64,000 bases of DNA, taken from assembly GCA_963717505.1 (NCBI GenBank), contig OY970342.1, forward strand, positions 1,824,001 to 1,888,000, written 5' to 3'. The DNA is from Candidatus Eiseniibacteriota bacterium. GTDB lineage: Bacteria > Eisenbacteria > RBG-16-71-46. The notes beneath the pieces were generated by a model. The model was not told the DNA's origin, did no database searches, and was given only the letters and a program-made list of their open reading frames with translations. The position numbers were made by a program, and so were the translations under genes. Position 1 is the first letter of the stretch; every line of letters starts with the position of its first letter. Below are positions 20,712-30,700 of this stretch, one piece after another.

Positions 20712-21686
20712 TCATGCGAAGAGTTCAGCCAACCGAGCTGCCTGGATGCCATCGAGCCCGAGTTCGAGCGCTTCCCGCACGGGTTCCAGATGTTCAGGCC
20801 GCCCCGGCCCAATCACGATCGCCGTGATCTCGTTCTGCGCGAGGAGCCACGCGAGCGCAAGGCCGGCCATGGAGACCCTCTGTTCCCCCGCCTCCTTCTC
20901 CAGCCGTTCGAGTGCGGCGAACACCCGGTCATCGGCGAAGGCCACGTATCCCTCGGGGCGCTGCCTCATGCGCGATCCGTCCGGATACGCCTGCCCGCGG
21001 CGGTATTTTCCCGTGAGCCACCCGCCTGCGAGCGGGCCGAAGCACTCGTAGCCTACGCCGTGCCGGCGGCAGACCGGGAAGACGGTCTCGGCGTCGTTCT
21101 TCTCGAGCAGCGAATGTGAGTTCTGGACGAGCTCGTAGCGGACGAGGCCCTCGCGCTCCGAAATTGCGAGCGCCTCGGCCAGCTGGTCGCCGGTGAAGTT
21201 GGAGGCGCCGACGGCGCCGACCTTGCCCGCGCGCACCAGCGCGTCGAAGGCAGACAACGTCTCCTCCGGCCGCACGTCGGCGTCGAATGCGTGTGCAAGA
21301 TAGACAGCGACGCGCTCGATTCCGAGGCGGCGCAGGCTCGTCTCGATCTGCCGCAGAATCCGCGCATGCGAGAGGCCATGATCCTCGCCCGCGTCCATCG
21401 GGTTGTAGGTCTTGGTCTGGATCACGAGCGCGTCGTGTACGTCGCTGCCCTTGGTTGCCAGCCACCCGCCGATCCAGCTCTCGCTGCGACCGCCGCCGTA
21501 CGCGTCGGCGGTATCGAAGGCGCGGATTCCCAGATCCCACGCCGTGTCCATGATCCTGAAGGCCACGTCGTGTGCGATTCCACGGCCGAAAAAGGCCGGC
21601 GCCGAGCCGACGCCCCCGAAGTTGCCGCAGCCGAGGACGAAACGCGTGACCGCGACGCCACTCCGGCCGAGCATGTGCGTCTCCAT
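20712..21686 (-). CDS. Aldo/keto reductase
   Basis: LGCGNFG, FDTADAYGGGRSE, SLRRLG, GASNF, PLAGGWLTGKY. Confidence 0.92.
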   Translation of the reverse strand: METHMLGRSGVAVTRFVLGCGNFGGVGSAPAFFGRGIAHDVAFRIMDTAWDLGIRAFDTADAYGGGRSESWIGGWLATKGSDVHDALVIQTKTYNPMDAGEDHGLSHARILRQIETSLRRLGIERVAVYLAHAFDADVRPEETLSAFDALVRAGKVGAVGASNFTGDQLAEALAISEREGLVRYELVQNSHSLLEKNDAETVFPVCRRHGVGYECFGPLAGGWLTGKYRRGQAYPDGSRMRQRPEGYVAFADDRVFAALERLEKEAGEQRVSMAGLALAWLLAQNEITAIVIGPGRPEHLEPVREALELGLDGIQAARLAELFA

Positions 21687-21715
21687 GGGCGATCCTAGGC
21701 CGCTAGCTCACTCGG

Positions 21716-22123
21716 TCACCGCCGCGCGGTGGATATACCACTCCGTCGCCGGGCGAGTGCCGCTGCCACCAGTGCCCGAACAGAGGGGCGGTTGGCCTCG
21801 GCCAGGGAGCGGACTTTTACGTGACGCAGCCCCTTGCCGGTGCCTTCCAGCAGCCGCTTGGGGTCCGCCAGCAGCGCCCCTTGATAGAAGCCGAGATTGA
21901 TGTAGCCGCGCATGGGCATGATGTAGGCGTAGCCGTCGGTCATCTTCCTCGGCCCGACGCCATAGGTGGCGGCGTTGTCGCCGAGCCGCACGGTCTCGAC
22001 CGTGCTCACGTCGACGGCCCGGATCATGGCCCGCAAGCGCCGCGCGATGGCGGCGAGGCCGGGCTCGACACCCGCGAGCAGCTCGTCGAAGGTGCCTTGC
22101 GCCGCCTTTGGTAGATCGGCCAT
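21716..22123 (-). CDS. DUF1801 (YdhG-like) domain protein
   Basis: INLGFYQGALLADPKRLLEGTGKGLRHVKV. Confidence 0.8.
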   Translation of the reverse strand: MADLPKAAQGTFDELLAGVEPGLAAIARRLRAMIRAVDVSTVETVRLGDNAATYGVGPRKMTDGYAYIMPMRGYINLGFYQGALLADPKRLLEGTGKGLRHVKVRSLAEANRPSVRALVAAALARRRSGISTARR

Positions 22124-22174
22124 CGAGTGCCTTCACTTCGGTTGACCTGCCGCGCAGGCTGTCTCCCGAGAAGT

Positions 22175-22250
22175 TGGTGCGCCGACCAGGAATCGAACCT
22201 GGAACCCACTGATTAAGAGTCAGTTGCTCTACCAATTGAGCTATCGGCGC
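22175..22250 (-). tRNA. tRNA-Lys (anticodon CUU)
   Basis: GCGCCGATAGCTCAATTGGTAGAGCAACTGACT-CTT-AATCAGTGGGTTCCAGGTTCGATTCCTGGTCGGCGCACCA; 76 nt, cloverleaf, encoded CCA. Confidence 0.97.
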
Positions 22251-22469
22251 AGAACCAGACGCGGCGTCTCGAGGCGCGGAACTCGTCCGCGCCGGGGCCC
22301 GGGTGAGGGCGTGCGGGCGCGAGAAACGCCGCGAAATCTACGCACCGCGCACGCCGTACGTCAAGCACGACGGGACCGCGGGTCGTAACCCCTATCCGCC
22401 ACCGAGTCCCGAGAGGTGCTGTGCTATGGTTCCGCGTCTTTCTGCACACACCCCCAGGAGATGCAGGTC

Positions 22470-22883
22470 ATGGCCGAGCGGCCAACCGGGCAACGATTCT
22501 TCCCGCTGTTCATGCGGTTCTGGTTGCCCGTGCTCCTCTACATCACCGCGATCGGCATCGTGAGCGCGCAACCCCGCCTGCGCCCACCGGTGCGCTTCTT
22601 CCACTCCGACAAGCTCTGGCACGTGCTCGAGTACGCCCTGCTCGGCTACCTGCTGGTGCGCGCGTTCCGCGCCACGCAACGGACGCCCCGCGTTCTGACC
22701 GCATCGGTGCTCACCGTCGTGTGCGGGGTGGCGATCGCCTCAGCTGATGAGAAGTTCCAGTCCACGGTCCCCGGACGGGTGTCGAGCATCTACGACGTGG
22801 CCGCCGATGGCGTCGGACTCGTGCTGTCGCAGGTTTTGTACGCTCGATTCCTCGCGTCTCCTGGACGGAGGGTCGTGCTATGA
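22470..22883 (+). CDS. VanZ family membrane protein
   Basis: DKLWHVLEYALLG, DEKFQSTVPGR..SIYDVAAD; ATG 9 nt after AGGAG. Confidence 0.85.
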   Translation: MAERPTGQRFFPLFMRFWLPVLLYITAIGIVSAQPRLRPPVRFFHSDKLWHVLEYALLGYLLVRAFRATQRTPRVLTASVLTVVCGVAIASADEKFQSTVPGRVSSIYDVAADGVGLVLSQVLYARFLASPGRRVVL

Positions 22884-24217
22884 AACACCAGGCGCCGCGC
22901 GGCACCCGCGATCTGCTACCCGGCGAGATCGAGCGCTGGCAATGGGCCGAAGCCCAGGCGCAGGCGGTGCTCGAGCGCTACGGCTTTGCCGAGGTCCGCA
23001 CGCCGATCTTCGAGGACTATGAGCTGTTCGCGCGCACTTCGGGCGAATCGTCGGAGGTCGTTCAAAAAGAGATGTACCGCTTCAAGGACCTCGGTGATCG
23101 CGATCTGGCGCTGCGCCCCGAGTGCACGGCCGGTGTCTGCCGCGCTTACTTGGAGCACGGACTCGTTGGCCGCGGCCGGATCCACCGCCTCTGGTACCTG
23201 GGGACCATGTTCCGCTACGGGCGCCCGCAGAAAGGGCGATACCGGCAGTTCTGGCAAGTGGGGGCCGAGATCATCGGCACGCCGGAGCCGGGCGCCGATG
23301 TCGAGATCATCGCGTTGTTCGTGGACCTGTTCGAGGCTTGGGGATTTAGCGACCTGTCGGTGCTGGTCAACAGCGTGGGCACGCCGGAGTCGCGTCGCAC
23401 GTATGTGCACGCGTTGCGCCAATGGCTCGAACCGGTTCGCGACCAGCTCAGCAAGGAGTCGCAGGCGCGACTCGAGACCAATCCGATGCGGATTCTCGAC
23501 AGCAAGGACGAGGGCGACCTGATGTTTCTGCGCGGCGAGGGTGGCGTTGCCCCGGCGCCGCGCATGCTCGATGTGCTCGACGCCGCCGATCGCACGCACT
23601 TCGACGCCGTGCTCGCCGGTCTCACGACCCTGGGCATCCGCTACGAGATCGACCACGGCCTGGTGCGCGGACTCGACTACTACACGCGCACCGCGTTCGA
23701 GGTGCACGACCGCTCGCTCGGCGCCCAGAGCGCGCTGGGTGGCGGTGGGCGCTACGATGGCTTGATCGAGATGCTCGGCGGTCCGCCGACCCCCGGTGTG
23801 GGCTTTTCGATCGGGCTCGATCGCGTGCTGCACGTGGTCGGCGAGCGCGGCGACGCGCCCACGGCGGCGACACCGGCGGTGTTCGTGGTCGCGATGGAGA
23901 CGACCCGCGCGCCGGCACTCAAGCTCCTGCGCGAGCTGCGGCGTGAGTTCGCCGCGATCGGAGATCTCGAGGCCAAGGGCTTTGGCGCCCAGATGAAGGC
24001 GGCCGGCAAGAGTGGTGCGCGCTTCATGGTGCTGCTCGGCGAAGACGAGTGGAAGAAGAACGAGGTCGTGATCAAGGATCTGGTGAGCGGCGAGCAGGAG
24101 TCGGTCGCGGCCGATCGGCTTGTCGCACGCGTGCGCGAGCGGCTCGAGAAGCCCGCAAGAATGGATGAGGACGCCAAGGCTCTGTTTAGAGCGAATGACG
24201 AGGGGATGAAGAATTGA
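22880..24217 (+). CDS. hisS: Histidine--tRNA ligase
   Basis: PRGTRD, RPECTA, RPQKGRYRQF, LVRGLDYY, GGGRYDGL. Confidence 0.97.
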   Translation: MKHQAPRGTRDLLPGEIERWQWAEAQAQAVLERYGFAEVRTPIFEDYELFARTSGESSEVVQKEMYRFKDLGDRDLALRPECTAGVCRAYLEHGLVGRGRIHRLWYLGTMFRYGRPQKGRYRQFWQVGAEIIGTPEPGADVEIIALFVDLFEAWGFSDLSVLVNSVGTPESRRTYVHALRQWLEPVRDQLSKESQARLETNPMRILDSKDEGDLMFLRGEGGVAPAPRMLDVLDAADRTHFDAVLAGLTTLGIRYEIDHGLVRGLDYYTRTAFEVHDRSLGAQSALGGGGRYDGLIEMLGGPPTPGVGFSIGLDRVLHVVGERGDAPTAATPAVFVVAMETTRAPALKLLRELRREFAAIGDLEAKGFGAQMKAAGKSGARFMVLLGEDEWKKNEVVIKDLVSGEQESVAADRLVARVRERLEKPARMDEDAKALFRANDEGMKN

Positions 24218-24233
24218 ACGCGAGACGGAGACC

Positions 24234-26075
24234 ATGACCGAGCAGACCACCCCGGCGGACATCGAACTCGAAGGCCTCGGCGACTGGCGCCGCTCGCACA
24301 CGTGTGGCGAGCTGCGGCCCGAGCACGTCGGCAAGACCGCGACGGTGATGGGCTGGGTGCATCGCTCGCGCGACCACGGCGGCGTGCTGTTCGTCGACCT
24401 GCGCGACCGCCACGGCCTGACCCAGATCGTGTTCCGCCCCGAGACAGGGGGGAAGGATCTTCTCGAGCGGGCATCAAGGCTTGGAAATGAGTGGGTGATC
24501 GCGGTGCGCGGCACGGTGACTGATCGCCCCAAGGAATCGCTCAATCCCGAGCTGCCGACCGGGGCGGTCGAAGTCGACGTGCGCGAGCTGCGCGTGTTCG
24601 CGGCCGCCGACCCGCTGCCGTTCCAGGTGAACGAGGACCTGCACCTGGCGGGCGAGGACGTGCGCCTGCGCTATCGCTATCTCGATCTGCGCCGGCCCGA
24701 GCTGGCGCGCATGCTGGCGCTGCGCCACGAAGCCGCGCAGTCGGCGCGCCGGCACTTGTCGGCGCACGGCTTTCTCGAAATCGAAACCCCGATGCTGGTC
24801 AAACCCACGCCCGAGGGCGCTCGTGACTATGTGGTGCCGAGCCGCGTGCACCCGGGGTCGTTCTACGCGCTGCCGCAGAGCCCGCAGCTCTACAAACAGA
24901 CCCTGATGATCGCGGGTTGCGACCGCTACTTTCAGCTTGCGCGCTGCCTGCGCGACGAGGACCTGCGCGCCGATCGCCAGCCCGAGCACACCCAGATCGA
25001 TCTCGAAATGAGCTTCGTCGCCGAGGACGACGTGTTCTCCGCGGTCGAGGGTCTGTTCGTGGCGCTGTGGAAAGACTGCCTGGGCGTCGACGTGAAACCG
25101 CCGTTCCTGCGCCTGACCTTCGACGAATCGATGAAGCGCTACGGCACCGACAAGCCCGACCTGCGCTTCGGCCTCGAGTTCACCGACGTCACCGCCGAGT
25201 GCGCACAATCGCCGCGCAACGTGGTCGCCAACGGCGCCAAGGCCGAGGGTGGAATCGGCGTGGCCATGACCATTCCGGGCGGCGCCGAGATCTCGGGCAC
25301 GCAACTGCGCAAGTTCGAGGACGTGGTCAAAGCCGCCGGCGCCGGCGGGCTCACGTTCTTCAAGATCCAGGACGCCGACCGCGAAAAGCAGCAGGTCATC
25401 TTCCCCGGCGCCTTGCTCGACAAGTTCCTCGAACGCTGCTGCGCCAAGACCGGCGATGCGGTCGTGTTCACCAACGGCCCGTGGGAGCTGACGTGTAAGG
25501 CGCTCGGCGTGCTGCGCACTCAGCTCGGCGAGGCCGAGTTGGCCAAGCGCGGGCTCACCGACGCACCGCCCGAAAAGCAGGACTGGCGCTTCCTCTGGGT
25601 GCGGCAGTTCCCGATGTTCGAGTGGGAGCCCGACAAGAAGCGCTGGGCGCCGCGCCACCACATGTTCACCATGCCGAACCCAGAGCACCTCCAGTATCTG
25701 GAGACCGATCCCGGCAAGGTGTACGCGCAGCTCTACGACCTGGTGTTGAACGGCGTCGAACTCGGCTCGGGCTCGATCCGCATTCACCGTACCGACATCC
25801 AGGAGCGGGTGATGAAGGTGATCGGGCTCTCTCGCGAGCAGGCTTACGAGAAGTTCGGGTTCCTGCTCGACGCCTACCGGTTCGCCTCGCCGCCGCATGG
25901 CGGCATCGGCATCGGCTTCGACCGGATCGTCATGTTGATGGGCGGGCGCGAGTCGCTGCGCGACGTGATTGCCTTCCCCAAGACCGCGAGTGCGGCGAGC
26001 CTGATGGACGGCTGCCCGAGTGCGGTCGAGGATGAGACGCTGAAGGAGCTGAACATTCGGCTCCAGGCCAAGTAA
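24234..26075 (+). CDS. aspS: Aspartate--tRNA ligase
   Basis: RDHGG, RYLDLRR, PEGARDY, LPQSPQ, DEDLRADRQPE, PPHGGIGIGFDR, IAFPKT. Confidence 0.97.
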   Translation: MTEQTTPADIELEGLGDWRRSHTCGELRPEHVGKTATVMGWVHRSRDHGGVLFVDLRDRHGLTQIVFRPETGGKDLLERASRLGNEWVIAVRGTVTDRPKESLNPELPTGAVEVDVRELRVFAAADPLPFQVNEDLHLAGEDVRLRYRYLDLRRPELARMLALRHEAAQSARRHLSAHGFLEIETPMLVKPTPEGARDYVVPSRVHPGSFYALPQSPQLYKQTLMIAGCDRYFQLARCLRDEDLRADRQPEHTQIDLEMSFVAEDDVFSAVEGLFVALWKDCLGVDVKPPFLRLTFDESMKRYGTDKPDLRFGLEFTDVTAECAQSPRNVVANGAKAEGGIGVAMTIPGGAEISGTQLRKFEDVVKAAGAGGLTFFKIQDADREKQQVIFPGALLDKFLERCCAKTGDAVVFTNGPWELTCKALGVLRTQLGEAELAKRGLTDAPPEKQDWRFLWVRQFPMFEWEPDKKRWAPRHHMFTMPNPEHLQYLETDPGKVYAQLYDLVLNGVELGSGSIRIHRTDIQERVMKVIGLSREQAYEKFGFLLDAYRFASPPHGGIGIGFDRIVMLMGGRESLRDVIAFPKTASAASLMDGCPSAVEDETLKELNIRLQAK

Positions 26076-26092
26076 CCGCTACGGAGGACCCC

Positions 26093-27313
26093 ATGTGCAG
26101 ATCCGCGTTGCTCATTGCGCTCGCGACCTTCCTTTCGGCGAGTGTCTCCGCGACCGCCGACGTCGTCACCGAATGGAACCTCAAGGCCGGCGAGCTGGCA
26201 GTGGCCGCCGCCATGCCGACGCCGCCGACCGTGCGCGTCTTCGCGATCGTTCAAACCTCGGTGTACGAGGCAGTCAACGCGATCACCAAGGTCGATCCGA
26301 TCGGCAAGCTCAAGTTGAATCCCGCGCCCGGGGCCTCGGTTGACGCCGCGGTCGCCTCGGCCAGCTGCAACGCGCTCCTGCAGCTCGTGCCGCGACAGCG
26401 CGAGGCGATCGAAAAGGCGTACACCGCCGCGTTGTCGGCGATGGCCGACGGCCCGGCCAAGACCGCGGGGATCGCGCTCGGCAAGCAGGCCGCCGATGAG
26501 ATGGTCGCGATGTGCGCGAACGACGGTGCTGCCGCCGACCCGACCTATCGCCCCTATGCGCCGCCCGGCTTCTACGTCCCGACCACCATTCCCGTGGCTC
26601 TGACGTGGGCGAATCGCAGGCCGTGGATCATGTCCAAGCCCGATCAGTTCCGGCCGGGTCCTCCCCCGGGGCTGAAGAGCGAGTTGTGGGCGCGGGACTA
26701 CAAAGAGATCAAGGCCCTGGGAGCCAAGAACAGCACGCAACGGACCGCGGAGCAGACCGAGATCGCGAAGTTCTGGGAGGCATCGGCGCCCACCCTCTAC
26801 ATGGGCGTCGTCCAGTCGGTCGCGACCGCACCCGGGCGTAACGTGACCCAGAACGCGCGATTGTTCGCGACGGTCACCCAGGCGATGGACGACGCCGCGA
26901 TCGCGGTGTTCGACGGCAAGTATCACTACAACCTGTGGCGGCCGATCACCGCGATCCGCAATGGCGACAACGATGGCAATGACGCGACCGAGCGGGATTC
27001 CATGTGGGTGCCGCTGATCGACACGCCCATGCATCCGGAGTATCCGTGCGCGCACTGCATCGTTGCGGCCACGGTCGGCACCGTGCTCCAGGCGGAAGTC
27101 GGGACCGGGCCGATGCCGGTGCTCAAGACCGCGAGTCCGACCGCTGCGGGGGCGACGCGCTCCTGGACCAATGTCGATGACCTGATCCGCGAAGTCTCTG
27201 AGGCGCGCATCTACGACGGTGTGCACTATCGGACTTCGACCGAGGTCGGCGCCGCGATGGGCCGGAAGATCGGGGCCCTGGCAGCGGCGAAATACCTGAA
27301 GCCGGTGAAGTAG
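26093..27313 (+). CDS. Secreted vanadium-dependent haloperoxidase / PAP2 family protein
   Basis: KYHYNLWRPITAI, HPEYPCAH, ARIYDGVHY; signal peptide. Confidence 0.88.
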   Translation: MCRSALLIALATFLSASVSATADVVTEWNLKAGELAVAAAMPTPPTVRVFAIVQTSVYEAVNAITKVDPIGKLKLNPAPGASVDAAVASASCNALLQLVPRQREAIEKAYTAALSAMADGPAKTAGIALGKQAADEMVAMCANDGAAADPTYRPYAPPGFYVPTTIPVALTWANRRPWIMSKPDQFRPGPPPGLKSELWARDYKEIKALGAKNSTQRTAEQTEIAKFWEASAPTLYMGVVQSVATAPGRNVTQNARLFATVTQAMDDAAIAVFDGKYHYNLWRPITAIRNGDNDGNDATERDSMWVPLIDTPMHPEYPCAHCIVAATVGTVLQAEVGTGPMPVLKTASPTAAGATRSWTNVDDLIREVSEARIYDGVHYRTSTEVGAAMGRKIGALAAAKYLKPVK

Positions 27314-27455
27314 TCGAAGCGTTTTCGCGGCGAGTGTTTCACGGCACCAAAGCCTCGCCCCCTCCCGGGGAACGCGCCCGGTGCACGTTTGAGCATGAGA
27401 GAGCCCGCTTCACATCACCCGATTGACGTTGCTCGCGAGTAGATTTTGCTTTCAA

Positions 27456-27628
27456 TGACGCCACGGCGGGATCTATCGTCGGACCGTCCCGCTGATTCAG
27501 CTGGTGATCCCGCTCTCGCGTGGCGTTGGCCGAACCTTCCTTACGCCCTGACGAGACCTGCCGGGGATGCCAGGTCTGAAACCGGCGGCTGTGATCCCGT
27601 CGAGGGTCCGACCGAGCCCCCCCGCCGG
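27456..27628 (+). ncRNA. Candidate structured RNA or 5' leader (unassigned)
   Basis: Four 7-10 bp stems plus an 8-nt loop-loop complementarity, found by eye; I recognise no Rfam family. Confidence 0.3.
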
Positions 27629-27760
27629 CCGCTCCGCGCCGCGATTCCTTGATTTCGCAGGGATGCGTCTGCTCGAGAGATTGGAGCCACTTTCGAGGTA
27701 CTCGCCGCCCTGAACGCACTCCGTGCAACAGGTCCCTCGATCCTCGCCGCACCACCCATC

Positions 27761-30700
27761 ATGGAGCCGCTCATGATCCCCAAGAATCTACGTCCGTTGG
27801 CCGGTGTCGAAATGAGAGCTCTTCGACACGGCGTACTCGCAGCCGCGGTTGCCGCGGTCCTGACTTTGGTTCTCGGTTCTGCCGCATGGGCGCAATCGAC
27901 GTACACGTGGTCCGGTGGGGAAGGCCCCGCGCCGTGGTCCGACGCCGACAACTGGAGCCCGAGCCGGATCACGATTGCCAACGACGACGTGATGGTGATC
28001 AACACCTCGGCCACGATCACCGGGATTCCCCTGGAGACGATCGGCCAACTGTTGGTTGCGGACGGCGCCACAGTTTCGCTTCAAGCCGGGATCGCCGGCA
28101 CGATCCTGACCCTCGATGGCGGCACCGGCACCGACTTCGACGTAGCCGCCGGCTCCACGCTCAATCTGAACGGGACCGCACTCCAGATCTCCTTGTCGCC
28201 GGGCGCGACCGGGACCGTCGGAGGATCGATCACCGCGACCGCTGGCGCGCAGCGGATTCTCTCGGGTGGAGCCGGAGCGCTGGTGTTCCAGAGCGGGTCC
28301 GTCATGACCTGCGGAACCGGATTCTCCGGCAACGTCTTCGGAACCACGTCGCTCAATTCCGTGGTCTTCCAGAGCGGGTCTCTGTACGTGCACGTCGCCG
28401 GTTCCAACCCGTTCGGAGCCGGGCAGCCAAACTCGGTTCTGACCTTCGAGGCGGGGAGCCGCTTCCGGCTCGACGGCAACACCTCGCCGGCAGCCACCGG
28501 CCGCACCTATGCCGATTTCGAGTACAACGCGACTGGAGCCAACGCGATCACGGGAGGCGCCCCGCTTTCGATCGACAATCTGTTCATCACGCAGGGGACG
28601 ATGAACTGCAACATGACCGGGCTGTTCAGTCTGCGCGGGAACATCACCGTTAATGGCGGGGCGGCGCTCAACTTCAGCCCCACGTCACCCGCGACCGTCA
28701 GCCTCAATGGCTCCACGAGCCAAGCCATTACGGTCAACGGGTCGTTCAACTCCACACACAACTCCACATTCAGCATCAACAACCCCAACGGTGTCGTCCT
28801 GGGATCCAATCTGACGATCGGAACCAGCACCGCCGGCGGCGGCATCTCGTTCCTGAACGGCAGGATCACCACGGGTGCAAACAGTTTGACGATCGCCAGT
28901 GGCGCCAGCATCAGCGGCGCCGGTTCGGGCACCGGCTGGGTCGCGGGCAATCTGATCCGCAATGTCCCCGTGGGCGGGACGCGCACCATGGACGTCGGCG
29001 ATGCCGCCGTCTATGCCCCGGTGGCGCTGCAGGTGAACGGGCTCGGATCGGCGTTCAATCTGGCGGCCAGCACGATGGGAGCGGAGCACTCCTCGGTCGG
29101 CACCTCGGGACTCGACGCGACCCGCAGCGTCAACCGCACCTGGACGCTGACGCCACAGTCGGCACCGACTTTTGCCGACTACAGTGCAGTGTTCGGCTTC
29201 GCGGCCGCCGACGTCGATCTGGGTGCCGATCCCGCGAACTTCGCCGTCCGCAGGTTCAACGGTGCTTCATGGTCGTTGACGACGACCGGCGTGCGAACGG
29301 CCACCAGCACCCAGGCCACCGGCATCACAGCCTTCAGCGATTTTGCAGTGGGCGAGCCGCAACACACCCTGGCCGTCACCGTGGTCGGCACGGGCGCTGT
29401 GGCGAAGGTGCCTGACCAGGCGGGCTACGACGAGGGCACGTTGGTCGACCTGACGGCGACTCCGGGCGTGGGCTACCAGTTTGCGGGTTGGAGCGGGGAC
29501 GCATCGGGTACGGCAAACCCGCTGACCGTGACGATGGACGCGAACAAGTCGATCACGGCGACGTTCACGATCATCACCTACACGCTGGACGTGACCGTCG
29601 TGGGCAACGGGACGGTGGCGAAGGTGCCGGAACAGGCGAGCTACGGCGTCGGCGAGCTGGTCGAGCTGACCGCGACGCCGGCGGTCGGTTACGAGTTCGT
29701 AGGCTGGAGCGGGGACGCATCGGGGACGACGAACCCGCTGACCGTGACCATGGACGCGAACAAGTCGATCACGGCAACCTTTGCGGCGTCCAGGGTCGTC
29801 GTCGTCAGCCAGATCTACGGTGGTGGTGGCAATTCTGGCGCTCCCTACCACAACGACTACATCGAGCTCTTCAACCGCGGCACCACCTCCGTGGACTTGA
29901 CTGGGTGGTCCGTGCAGTACACGTCAGCGGCCGGCAGCTCGTGGGCCACGACCCCGTTGTCGGGCTCGATCGCGGCCGGCGGGTACTACCTCGTCCAGCA
30001 GGCCGCTGGCACGGGTGGCGGCGCCAGCCTCCCGACGCCCGATGCGGTGGGTGCCATCGCCATGAATCTCGCCTCCGGCAAGGTGGCTCTGGTCGCCAGC
30101 GCCACGGCGCTGACCGGCACGTGTCCCAGCGGCGGGGATCTCGTGGACCTCGTCGGATACGGTGCAGCCGGCTGCTCGGAGACCGCACCGACCGGCATCC
30201 TCAGCAACACGACTGCAGCCCATCGCAACAGCGGGGGCTGTGTGGACACGGATCACAACGCCAATGACTTCACGGTTTCCGGCCCCGCGCCGCGCAACAG
30301 CTCGGCGCCGACCAACTCGTGCGTGTTCACGCTGGCGGTCACCGTGGCGCCGCCCGGGGGCGGCACGGTCGCCAAGGTTCCCGACCTGGCCAGCTATCCG
30401 GCCGAGACTCCGGTCGAGCTGACGGCCACCCGGACGTCGGGCTACCACTTCGCGGGTTGGACCGGGGATTTCAGCGGAACGGCCAACCCGGCGACCGTGA
30501 TCATGGACGGCAACAAGACGATTGTCGCCAACTTCGAGCTGAACTCCACGGTCGGCCTGGTCGTCGTCAGCCAGGTCTACGGTGGCGGCGGCAACACGGG
30601 GGCGCAGTACCAGAATGACTTCATCGAACTATTCAACCGCGGCAATCTCACCGTCGATATCACCGGATGGTCCGTGCAATACGCGTCGGACAGTGGCAGC

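Noticed and set aside
17900-22250. Genomic island integrated at the tRNA-Lys 3' end
   Set aside because: No integrase, and I found no duplicated tRNA 3' end (att site) in the window
27548-27632. Canonical hammerhead ribozyme or cobalamin riboswitch (GAGACCTGCC)
   Set aside because: Extra U before GAAA, no UH cleavage site or stem I, and the other B12-box elements are missing; kept only as an unassigned structured RNA candidate
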